Source of the DNA: Armatimonadota bacterium
GTDB lineage: Bacteria; Armatimonadota; SYMT01
Direction: 5' to 3'
NCBI GenBank assembly: GCA_046292385.1
Contig: JBKBRF010000013.1
Location: forward strand, 64,001-128,000
Length of the DNA stretch: 64,000 nucleotides
Position numbers and translations under genes: made by a program. Shown here piece by piece: positions 47,095-55,639 of this stretch (position 1 is its first letter; each line of letters starts with the position of its first letter). Below the pieces are notes generated by a model. The model saw only the letters and a list, made by a program, of their open reading frames with translations. It was not told the DNA's origin and made no database searches.

Positions 47095-49078
47095 GACTTT
47101 CGAAGCGCTCGCCGGCGCCTGGTCCGCGGCGATGCTCCGGGTGCTCGGCGAGGGCGCGCTGGTGCTCGGCGGCGCGTGGGCGCTTTCCCTCGCGCTGCGG
47201 CAGCTTCCTTCCGCCGCGCGGAGCTGGCTCTGGCGCGCGGCCTACCTGCGGCTGCTCCTGGCGGCGCTCTGCCTGCCGCCCCTGCTGCTGCCAATCCTGC
47301 CGGCGCCGGATCCCGAGCCGCCGGTCGCCGTCCCCGCGGTGCGGCTCCCAGAGTCGGCCGCCGCGCCTCCGCCGGTCCGGCCGCACTCGATCCCTCCCGC
47401 AGCCGACGCGGCCGAGACGATCGGCAGTGCCCCCTCGCCGAAGCCGCTCCCCGTGGCGACCTGGCTCTTCGCCGCCTGGCTGGCAGGCGTCTGCTGGTGT
47501 GCCCTGCGGCTGTGGGGCGACTGGGTGCAGGCACGTCGCCTGGCGCGGAGCAGCCGGCCGGCCGGCGACGCGGTGACGCGGATCTGGGCGGAGCTCTGCG
47601 CGCGGAACGGGGTCGGCAGCGCTCCCCCGGTGCGCGAGGTGCCCGGGCTCCCGAGCCCGCTGCTCCTCCACGGCCTGCGCCCGGTGGTGCTGGTCCCCGC
47701 CGGGCTGGCCGCGGAGTGGCCGGAGGGAGAGATCCGCCTGATGCTGGCGCACGAGCTGGCGCACCTGCGGCGGCGCGACCTCTGGTGGAGCTGGCTCCCG
47801 GCCGCGGCCCACTGCCTGTTCTACTTCCATCCCATCCTGTGGCTCGCCAACCGCGAGTGGCGGCTCGCCCAGGAGATCGCCTGCGACGAGCTGGCCCTGC
47901 AGATGACTTCCAGTCCCGCGGCTCCGTACGGCGCCATGCTCGTGAAGCTGGCGCTCCGGCCCACCTCCTCCCGGAGGCTCGGGCTGGCCGCGGTGGATGC
48001 CGATTCCCCCAAGACGCTTGAAAGGAGACTGATTGCAATGCGTAGGATGAACTCGACCGGCAAGCGCCGGCTGCTCCTCTCCGCCGGCCTGGCGGCGCTG
48101 GCCGGCACGGCAATCCTGCTGCCGATCCGCGTGACCGCCCAGACCCCCGCGGAGCCGGGCGAGCCGGCCGAGCCGACCGTTACCGTGAGGGCGGTCCCGG
48201 CTCCGGAGGCTCCGGAGAAATCCCCGGCGGCGCCCCGCCGGTCAGAGAGTGACGACGAGTCGTTCGAGCGCCGGCAGCAGCGGCTCCAGGAGATCCGCGA
48301 CGAGCTGGAGCGCCGGATGCGGGATCGCCAGCGGGAGAGCGCCGCCGCCGCGGGCCGCGCGGAAAATGCCCGGCGGGCGGCGGAGCGGCTGCGCGCGGCG
48401 CATGGCGATCACGCGGGCCATCCGGGGCATCCCGACCCGGAGCGCGCGCGGGAGCTCCGCGAGGCGGCCGAGGCGGTGCGCCGGCAGGCGCTGGAAGCGC
48501 TGGAGCGGGCCCAGGCGGAGACGGAGCGGCTCTTCCGCGACGGTCAGCTCCGCGAGTCGCACTCCGAAGCGCTGAAGCGGGCGCGGGAGCAGGTGGAGCG
48601 CTCGCTGCGGGAGCCCAGGGGCGAGGGAGGGGAGCGGTTCGTGGTGCCGCCGTTCCCGAAGGAAGAAGTGGAGCGAGCGCTCCGCGAGGCGGAAGTCCAC
48701 TCCTCCCGCGCGCTGGAGCACGCCCGCCGGGCGCTCACCGAGGCGCAGCGGACGCTGCCGGAGAAGCTCAAGGAGCTGGGCCCCGACCAGCGAAAGCAGC
48801 TTCACGAGGAGCTGGAGCGCGAGCTGAAGCGCCTTCCGCAGGAGCTCGAACGGGCGATGGCGGAGGTGCGGTCCCAGCTCCAGCGGGAGCGCGGCAGCCT
48901 CGCCGTCCCGCCGCGCCCCGAGCGCCCCGAGCGTCCGGTCCGGCCCGCGCGACCTCCGCGCCCCGAGGGCTCTGAGCTCCGCGAGTCGAGCCGCGCCGAG
49001 CTGGAGGCGCGAATCCGCGCGCTGGAAGAGCAGATCCGCGCCCTCCGCAGCGAGCTGGAAAAGCGTCCGAACCGGTAG
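47087..49078 (+). CDS. M56-family (BlaR1-like) membrane metallopeptidase with coiled-coil extracytoplasmic tail
   Basis: 'SPLLLHGLRPVVLVP', 'LAHELAHLRRRD', 'FHPILW', 'EIACD', 'LERRL'. The C-terminus is E/R-rich and helical, with no penicillin-binding domain. Confidence 0.92.
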   Translation: MPETFEALAGAWSAAMLRVLGEGALVLGGAWALSLALRQLPSAARSWLWRAAYLRLLLAALCLPPLLLPILPAPDPEPPVAVPAVRLPESAAAPPPVRPHSIPPAADAAETIGSAPSPKPLPVATWLFAAWLAGVCWCALRLWGDWVQARRLARSSRPAGDAVTRIWAELCARNGVGSAPPVREVPGLPSPLLLHGLRPVVLVPAGLAAEWPEGEIRLMLAHELAHLRRRDLWWSWLPAAAHCLFYFHPILWLANREWRLAQEIACDELALQMTSSPAAPYGAMLVKLALRPTSSRRLGLAAVDADSPKTLERRLIAMRRMNSTGKRRLLLSAGLAALAGTAILLPIRVTAQTPAEPGEPAEPTVTVRAVPAPEAPEKSPAAPRRSESDDESFERRQQRLQEIRDELERRMRDRQRESAAAAGRAENARRAAERLRAAHGDHAGHPGHPDPERARELREAAEAVRRQALEALERAQAETERLFRDGQLRESHSEALKRAREQVERSLREPRGEGGERFVVPPFPKEEVERALREAEVHSSRALEHARRALTEAQRTLPEKLKELGPDQRKQLHEELERELKRLPQELERAMAEVRSQLQRERGSLAVPPRPERPERPVRPARPPRPEGSELRESSRAELEARIRALEEQIRALRSELEKRPNR

Positions 49079-49088
49079 GGGGTTTAAC

Positions 49089-49305
49089 TCACCACAGAGC
49101 GCACCGAGGGCACAGAGAGGAACCCGAACCAGACTTGAACCCCCAAGACGCCAAGAACGCAAAGAGGAACCGGAAGATCCCGACACCGGGGTCGCTGTAC
49201 GGGACTCGAGACGCGCAGCAGGCCTATTCCTCTTGGCGAGCTTGGCGTTCTTGGCGGTGAATCAGGTTCGGGTTCTCTCCGCGCTCTCTGCGTCTCTGCG
49301 GTGAA
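49089..49305. repeat. Nested palindromic element (TCACCACAGAG / CCAAGNNCGC family), copy A
   Basis: Outer arms TCACCACAGAGCGCACCGAGGGCACAGAGAGGAACCCGAACC / GGTTCGGGTTCTCTCCGCGCTCTCTGCGTCTCTGCGGTGA; inner arms CCAAGACGCCAAGAACGCAAAGAGGAA / TTCCTCTTGGCGAGCTTGGCGTTCTTGG. Confidence 0.85.
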
Positions 49306-49325
49306 TCCGGTTCGGAAACCTCGCG

Positions 49326-51017
49326 CTACTCCGCCAGGCGGAGGGACGCGCGCACTACGCCCGCGCGGTCGTGGCGGGCGGTGAGCTGCAGGACGGTGCC
49401 GGCGGGGGCGCGGACCACCCACTCGAACCTGGCGCGGTCGTGGGTGGGGTCGGCATTCCAGCCGAACGCGCCCACCGGCTTGTACGCGCGGCCCTCGAGC
49501 TGCGGCCCCTCCTCGCGGCGTTGGCCGGTCACCAGCTCCGCGCCTTCCGGCAGCTCGATTTCCGCCACCACGCCGCGGGTGATCTTCCGCTCCAGCGCCT
49601 TCTTGGTGACGTAAGAGGGCAGCCAGCCGGTGTTGTGGACCACCAGCCGCACTCGGTAGGTGTCGTCCCCCAGCGGCTGCGCGTCCGCCTGGAACAGCTC
49701 CAGCCGCGGCGAGATGAGCGCGTGCCAGACCAGCCACTCCGCGTGCGGCTTCACCTCCGCCTCCAGGTACTCCGGCGGCGGGTTGCGGAAGGCGTAGATC
49801 GGGTCCCAGCCGCCGATCTCCACCGGTCCGAGCTGCGGGTGGTCGAACGGCCGCCAGCTCTCGAAGCCGCGTCCGCCCAGCTTCTCGTCGTTCCAGCGCA
49901 GCATGGCGAGGTCGTCTTCCACCGGGTGCTCGCGGAACCAGTCGATCGGCTTCGGCGCGTCGATCCCGGCCTGTCGCGGGGGCGACCAGAGCTCCGTCGT
50001 CCAGCCGAAGATGCCGAGGTGGTCGTAGAGCCAGTCGTCGAAGACGCCGGTGATCACTTCCTTCGGGTGGTACTTGAAGTCGGCGAAGACGTTCAGCACC
50101 GGGTAGCCGGTGAGCTCCGTCCCCTTGGCGCCGATCTTCTGGTAGGTCCAGAGGTCTTCCGCCGGAAAAGCGTCGTCCGACTCGGTGCCGTACGGGCGCA
50201 GCAGCACGCCGGAATAGGTGTGGAAGGTGACCCCGCCGGTGATGTTCGGGTGCGAGGTGATGAAGGCGACGACCGCCCGCACCTCCGGCTCCGAAGTGGG
50301 GAACGGCCCCGCCCCGAACTGCTCGTGCTCCTGCCGCCAGTGCGCGGGGAAGTTGCGGTTCAGGTCGAGCCCTTCCTTGATCCGCTGCAGCTCGATGGTG
50401 ACGCCGTCGTACCCCTCCAGCACCCCTTCCGGCAGGATCCGGTAGTACTCCCCGCCGGTCTCCGCCGGCTCCCGCCGGACCATCAGCCGCGGCTCCTCCG
50501 GGTGGATCTTCCACGCCCCGTTCGGATCCGGGAGGCGCATGGAGAGGACGCGCCCGTCTCCGTCGACGTCTTCCCGCCGCAGGCCGCCGAGCGGCTCCTC
50601 ATCCCAAGGATAGGGGCGGGTGGAGCTGCGGATGTAGCGGGGCCGGTCGCAGAGGAACAGCTCCGCGCCGTCCGGGTTGACGCGCGGGCAGACGTAGAAG
50701 ACGCGCGTGTCCAGCACCCGCGTCACCTCCGCGCTCTCGCCGTCCTCCGCCAGCAGCTTGCGGATCAGCGTGAGGCAGGCGGTGGTGGGAGAGACCTCCG
50801 TCGCGTGGATGTTGCCGTCGACCCAGAACCCCGGCTTCTCCGCGTCCGGGCCGGTCTCGAAGCGGGTCACCACGGCGAGCAGGATGTCCCGCCCCTCGTG
50901 GCTCTTGCCGATCACCTCGAGCCGGAGCAGGTCCGGCCGCGCCGCGGCGAAGCCGTTCAGCAGCTCCACCAGCTCGGAGTAGGGCAGGTAGTGGTCGTAG
51001 GGAACGGTGGGAAGCAT
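49326..51017 (-). CDS. M14 Zn carboxypeptidase family protein
   Basis: 'IGKSHEGR', 'GNIHATE', 'RVNPDGAE', 'DLNRNFP', 'SEPEVRA', 'TFHTYSG', 'TTELW'. Start is the ATG at 51017. Confidence 0.93.
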   Translation of the reverse strand: MLPTVPYDHYLPYSELVELLNGFAAARPDLLRLEVIGKSHEGRDILLAVVTRFETGPDAEKPGFWVDGNIHATEVSPTTACLTLIRKLLAEDGESAEVTRVLDTRVFYVCPRVNPDGAELFLCDRPRYIRSSTRPYPWDEEPLGGLRREDVDGDGRVLSMRLPDPNGAWKIHPEEPRLMVRREPAETGGEYYRILPEGVLEGYDGVTIELQRIKEGLDLNRNFPAHWRQEHEQFGAGPFPTSEPEVRAVVAFITSHPNITGGVTFHTYSGVLLRPYGTESDDAFPAEDLWTYQKIGAKGTELTGYPVLNVFADFKYHPKEVITGVFDDWLYDHLGIFGWTTELWSPPRQAGIDAPKPIDWFREHPVEDDLAMLRWNDEKLGGRGFESWRPFDHPQLGPVEIGGWDPIYAFRNPPPEYLEAEVKPHAEWLVWHALISPRLELFQADAQPLGDDTYRVRLVVHNTGWLPSYVTKKALERKITRGVVAEIELPEGAELVTGQRREEGPQLEGRAYKPVGAFGWNADPTHDRARFEWVVRAPAGTVLQLTARHDRAGVVRASLRLAE

Positions 51018-51023
51018 GTTACC

Positions 51024-51058
51024 TAGGGTCGAGGGGACAGGGTATAGGGGCCAGGGTC
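51024..51058. repeat. NNNAGGG heptamer array directly upstream of the M14 start codon
   Basis: taggg-tcgaggg-gacaggg-tataggg-gccaggg; same family as 24216-24344. Confidence 0.75.
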
Positions 51059-51381
51059 CCCGGAGCAGAGTGCGCCATGCGTGGGCGGTATCTCCTGCTC
51101 TCACGCCGGCTTTCGCAGCGGTGAATTCCCGACTCCCTTGTACGGAAACTCCTACTCCCACTCGTCGGGCTACTCCTGCATGGAAAGAGCGTGGAACGCG
51201 GTCCGGCTCTCGCGACGGCCCTCGGAAAGCCGCGGGAGCCCGAAGCCGCCTACGGGGCTGTCCGGACAGTACTATTCGGGCACTTTCCGTGGCTGCACCG
51301 GGCTAAAGCTAGTATGCTATACCCGGGCCGCCGCGCGTGCGGGGGTCCGTCTTCTCCCTACCTATAGACCAGGAGCTTCAG

Positions 51382-52329
51382 GTGAAGCAGTTTTTCCCTG
51401 CTCCCAGCCAGAGGCGGCCCGCGCGGACGCTCGTCCTGCTCGGAATCGCCGGCCTCGGCTCCGCGCTGGTGGCCATGCCCCAGGCGGAGGCGCAGCGCGA
51501 CGCCACGCGTCCGGGTGACGTGCGCGCGTACGCTTACCAGTTGGGGATCGGCGCGCAGGGCGCGCGGATCGTCGTGCAGTGGGACCGGCCGAGCCGCGTG
51601 CCCAGCAGCTATGTCCTCGGACACGTAATCCACCGCACCAGCGACCTCGGGATCACGGAGGTGGTGGGCGGCATCGACAGCGACTCCAGCCGCCGCTTCC
51701 TCGATACGGAAGCGACCCGCACCTTCCGGGCGTGGGACGGCGCGCCGAACGGCGAGGATGCCGGCTCGCGGACCGAGTTTACCGACGTCCCCGGCATCGT
51801 GCCCGGACAGCAGTACGTCTATCGAGTCTCCACCGCCTACATCAACGGCCTGCAGGACCGCGACCTGGACGGGGTGCCGGACGACGCGCAGTACATGTCG
51901 CCGACTTCCATGCCCAGCCCGCGGGTGACCGCCCTGGCCCCGCCGACGGTCGCCGCCATCAACGGCCTGCCCTCCGGCAGCCTGCCGAACGTCGACCTCC
52001 GCGCGGTGGAGGTGGAGTGGGCCCAGACGCCGGGCGCGGATACCTACGTGATCTGGGCCAGCGCCGACTCCCGGTTCAAGAAGAAGAACACGGTCAAGCT
52101 GAAGCCGGTGCGCTCCGTCCCCGTGGACCAGGGCGGCCCCAGCTCCATGACTCGCACGCTGAACCTCCGCAGCGGCGTCGCCGGCCGCAAGCTCCGGAAG
52201 GCGAAGCGGATCTTCATCACGGTCGGCGCCCGCAACTCCGCGGACGCGATCAAGCCGAAGCCGTTCGGCGCCATCTTCAGCGCCCCGGTGCAGGTGCGGC
52301 CGGAAGCCGGTCCCCCACCGCCTCCGTAA
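51382..52329 (+). CDS. Secreted hypothetical protein with fibronectin-III-like beta-sandwich domains
   Basis: AGGAG then GTG; signal peptide; 'IVVQWDRP..GHVIHR..PGQQYVYRVS', 'DRDLDGVPDD', 'W..TPGADTYVI'. Confidence 0.6.
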   Translation: MKQFFPAPSQRRPARTLVLLGIAGLGSALVAMPQAEAQRDATRPGDVRAYAYQLGIGAQGARIVVQWDRPSRVPSSYVLGHVIHRTSDLGITEVVGGIDSDSSRRFLDTEATRTFRAWDGAPNGEDAGSRTEFTDVPGIVPGQQYVYRVSTAYINGLQDRDLDGVPDDAQYMSPTSMPSPRVTALAPPTVAAINGLPSGSLPNVDLRAVEVEWAQTPGADTYVIWASADSRFKKKNTVKLKPVRSVPVDQGGPSSMTRTLNLRSGVAGRKLRKAKRIFITVGARNSADAIKPKPFGAIFSAPVQVRPEAGPPPPP

Positions 52330-52535
52330 GCCGCCGGTCCCGGCACTCACGCAAGACGGGGCTGCGCTTCCGGTGGAACTCCCACCCGGGGGCGCAGCCC
52401 CGTTCCGCGTTGATGGTCACCTTTCTCTGGACGATGCATCCTTGTGGGATTCCTCTCGGTCGGCTAGACTGGCTCTCTTTCGCCCGCTTAGCAAAGGGGC
52501 GCCTCGCTACTATAAAGGGCGGGAGAACACGGGAG

Positions 52536-53600
52536 ATGCACACGGTTACGCCGCGGGAGCTGAGTAAGCTCCTGCTGAACGTCGCGATGACGCGGCCGGT
52601 CTTTATCTGGGGGCCGCCGGGGATCGGAAAGTCGGCCCTGGTGGAGCAGTTTGCCCACGATGTGGGGCTCGATTGCGTCTCGCTGCTCGGCTCCCAACTC
52701 GCGCCGGAGGACCTGATCGGCGTCCCCCGCATCATCGAGGACCGCTCCGTCTTCTGCCCGCCGCGCATGATCGCGCGGGACGAGCCGTACCTGCTCTTCG
52801 TGGACGAGCTGAACGCGTGCTCGTTTGAAGTCCAGAAGGCGTTCTACAGCCTGATCAACGACCGCCGTCTGGGCGAGTACCGGCTGCCGGCCGGATCCGT
52901 CGTGGCGGGCGCGGGGAACCGGGCCCAGGACCAGGCGATCGTGAAGCCGATGTCGTCCGCGCTGATGAACCGGATGCTCCACGTGGAGCTGAAGCCGAGC
53001 GCGCGGGAGTGGCTCGACTGGGCCTACCTGCAGGGGATCCACGAGTGGATCATCGCCTACGTGGAGACGCGGCCGGACCACCTCTACGTGCAGCCGCCGA
53101 AGACGGAGGAGACGTTCACCACTCCCCGCTCCTGGCACATCCTGAGCGACGCACTGCGGGCCTACGGGCCGCAGGTGAGCCTGGGAGAGCTGGAGATGCT
53201 CGCCTCCGGCTGCCTGAGCCCCAACCACGCGCGCAGCTTCCTGGCGTTCGTGAAGCAGCTCAACGGGAGCCTGCGCGTCGACCTGATCCTGAAGGGGGAG
53301 CAGCCGCTGCCGCGCGCGGCGGAGGACCGGGACGTGCTCTACTTCGTGGTCCAGAGCGTGCGCGCGCAGCTCGCCAAGGAGCTGCCGCCGGAGCGCGAGG
53401 GGCTGAAGCCGCAGCACCGGACGCTGGTGCAGCAGGCGAAGCGGATCCTGATGGAGCTCTGCGAGATGAGCGTGGAGATGGCGACCGTGATGGTGGCCGA
53501 AGAGCAGGGGGAGAGCGCCCGCAACCTGCCGCCCTGGTTCCTGGTGGAGGTGGTGCGCGACCTGCCGCGCCTGGCGCAGTCGGTCGCCGTACGAAAGTAA
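52536..53600 (+). CDS. MoxR-like (AAA_5) ATPase
   Basis: Walker A 'WGPPGIGKS', 'DLIGVP', Walker B 'LLFVDELN', 'VQKAFYSLI', 'AGN', 'ALMNR', 'TPRSW'. Confidence 0.92.
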   Translation: MHTVTPRELSKLLLNVAMTRPVFIWGPPGIGKSALVEQFAHDVGLDCVSLLGSQLAPEDLIGVPRIIEDRSVFCPPRMIARDEPYLLFVDELNACSFEVQKAFYSLINDRRLGEYRLPAGSVVAGAGNRAQDQAIVKPMSSALMNRMLHVELKPSAREWLDWAYLQGIHEWIIAYVETRPDHLYVQPPKTEETFTTPRSWHILSDALRAYGPQVSLGELEMLASGCLSPNHARSFLAFVKQLNGSLRVDLILKGEQPLPRAAEDRDVLYFVVQSVRAQLAKELPPEREGLKPQHRTLVQQAKRILMELCEMSVEMATVMVAEEQGESARNLPPWFLVEVVRDLPRLAQSVAVRK

Positions 53601-53610
53601 GCCCTTCGTA

Positions 53611-53721
53611 GTTGGCAGGTTAATAGGTTAACAGGTTGCAGGTTACGCCCCCGGCTCCCGGCAACCCAACCTGGAACCTGGAACCTGCAGCCTGCAACCT
53701 GCCAACCTGCCAACCTGTAAC
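53611..53721. repeat. CAGGTT/AACCTG palindromic repeat element inside the ATPase-vWA operon
   Basis: gttggcaggttaataggttaacaggttgcaggtt ... caacctggaacctggaacctgcagcctgcaacctgccaacctgccaacctgtaac. Confidence 0.85.
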
Positions 53722-53729
53722 AGAGAGCT

Positions 53730-55583
53730 ATGGCGCGGAAGAACCGGAAGTCGGACGAGCAGGAGCGGCGAGCGCGCAACCGGCACGCTGTCTGGGAAGC
53801 GCAGCGCATCCTGGGACGCTCCGCGCTGTCCGGCCTCTTGCGGGAGGTGACGGTGCAGGAGTGCCCCGGGGAGCCGGGCGATCCGGAGACGGCGGCGGTC
53901 GATCCCACCACCGGCACCGTCTGGGTCAACCTCTACCGCCGGGCGATGGAGCCGGAGGCCTGGGCAGCCGTGCTGGGCCACATGCTGCTGCACCTGGGGC
54001 TGAATCACGCCGCCCGGCGCGAGGAGCGGGAGCCGCTGCTCTGGAACCTCGCCTGCGACGAGGCGGCAGACCGCCTGCTGCCGTTCTTCGGGATCGGCCG
54101 CGCCTCCCCGCAGTACGCCTCCGCGGACCAGCGGGAAGAAGAGCTGTACGAGGAGCTGCTGGACGAGCAGGAGCGGCGGAAGCTGCTGCGGAGCAACAGC
54201 GCCTACCGCTGCGTGCCGGAGACCTACGCGGGAAAGAACCGGCCCGACCTCCTCGGCATCGGCCGCTTCCACGCCTGGAGCCGCAAGTGGGAGGAGCTGC
54301 TGGGCGAGGGAATCCAGATCGCGGTGGAGGGCGCCGTCCGCACCGCCGCGCAGGCGCTGGGCGACGAGCCGGCCGCGAAGGAGTGGGGACCCGCCGCCCG
54401 CGCTCGCCGCTGGGTGATGAACGAGTTTCCGCTCCTCGGCGCCATCGCCACTCAGATCCGGATCATCGCGGACGCGCAGCTCTGCGACCGCATGGATATC
54501 TCCATCGCCGCGGTCGACGGCTACCTGGGCGAGATGTACGTTCACCCGGAGTGGCGGTTCACCCACGAGGAATGGATCTTCATCTACGTGCACGAGCTGC
54601 TGCACGTGGCGCTGCTGCATCACAGCCGAGGCCGTGGGCGCGACCCCTGGCTCTACAACGTCGCCGCCGACTTCGTCATCAACGGCTGGCTGGTGGAGAT
54701 GGGCGTGGGGCAGGTGCCGTCGGTCGGCGCGCTCTACGATCCGCGGCTGCAGGGGATGTCGACGGAGGAGGTCTACGACCTGCTGGTGCGGGACCCGAAG
54801 CGCTGCAAGGGCCTGCGCGGCTTCCGCGGCAAGCTGGGGGACGTGCTCTGGGACAGCCCCGGCCGGCGGATCTGCCGCGGCGACGTGACGACGCTGGACG
54901 ACGTCTACCGCCGCTGCCTGCAGGCGGGACTCTCCCTCCAGGGCCGCGGCACCGTGCCCGCCGGCCTGGTGGAGGAGATCCGCGCGCTCGTCGCGCCGGC
55001 CGTGCCGTGGGACGTGGAGCTGGCCCGGTGGATGGACGCGCACGTGCCGACCCTACGGGACCCGCGCCGCACCTACGCCCGCGCCAGCCGGCGCCAGGCT
55101 TCCACGCCGGAGATCCCCCGGCCGGCCCGCTACGTGCCGCAGGAATGGCTCGACGCCTGTACCTTCGGGGTGGTGCTCGACACCTCCGGCTCTATGGACC
55201 GCGAGCTGCTCGGCCGCGCCCTCGGCGCCATTGCCTCCTATTCGGAGGCGCGGGACGTGCCGAAGGTCCGCCTGGTGCTCTGCGACGCCGCGCCCTACGA
55301 CCAGGGCTTCGTCTCCCCCACCGACCTCCGCGGGGTCTATCCGGTGAAGGGCCGCGGCGGCACCGTCCTCCAGCCCACCGTCAACCACCTGATCAGCCGT
55401 CCGGACTTTCCACCCTCCGCCCCGGTGATGATCATCACCGACGGCTGGTGCGAGGAGCAGGTGACGGTGCCCCGGGAGCACTGCTTCGTGGTCCCGCGGA
55501 AGCGCGGTAAGGAGAGCTGGTTCCCCCTCCGCACCAGCGCTCCGGTCTTCCGGGTGCTGAAGGAAGAGTACTACGGAGACTGA
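53730..55583 (+). CDS. DUF2201-type putative metallopeptidase (duplicated domain) + vWA domain protein
   Basis: 'LGHMLLHLGLNH..WNLACD' and 'VHELLHVALLH..YNVAADFVIN', 'RTYARASRR', MIDAS 'VLDTSGSM', 'GRGGTVLQP', 'IITDG'. Confidence 0.88.
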   Translation: MARKNRKSDEQERRARNRHAVWEAQRILGRSALSGLLREVTVQECPGEPGDPETAAVDPTTGTVWVNLYRRAMEPEAWAAVLGHMLLHLGLNHAARREEREPLLWNLACDEAADRLLPFFGIGRASPQYASADQREEELYEELLDEQERRKLLRSNSAYRCVPETYAGKNRPDLLGIGRFHAWSRKWEELLGEGIQIAVEGAVRTAAQALGDEPAAKEWGPAARARRWVMNEFPLLGAIATQIRIIADAQLCDRMDISIAAVDGYLGEMYVHPEWRFTHEEWIFIYVHELLHVALLHHSRGRGRDPWLYNVAADFVINGWLVEMGVGQVPSVGALYDPRLQGMSTEEVYDLLVRDPKRCKGLRGFRGKLGDVLWDSPGRRICRGDVTTLDDVYRRCLQAGLSLQGRGTVPAGLVEEIRALVAPAVPWDVELARWMDAHVPTLRDPRRTYARASRRQASTPEIPRPARYVPQEWLDACTFGVVLDTSGSMDRELLGRALGAIASYSEARDVPKVRLVLCDAAPYDQGFVSPTDLRGVYPVKGRGGTVLQPTVNHLISRPDFPPSAPVMIITDGWCEEQVTVPREHCFVVPRKRGKESWFPLRTSAPVFRVLKEEYYGD

Positions 55584-55639
55584 CGGTTCTCTCGCGGGGG
55601 TCGCTCCCTCCGGCAGGGATTCGGCGCGCCCGCGTGTGA

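Noticed and set aside
46687..49078. Beta-lactam resistance locus
   Set aside because: The M56 protein has no penicillin-binding sensor domain and no beta-lactamase or mecA gene is adjacent.
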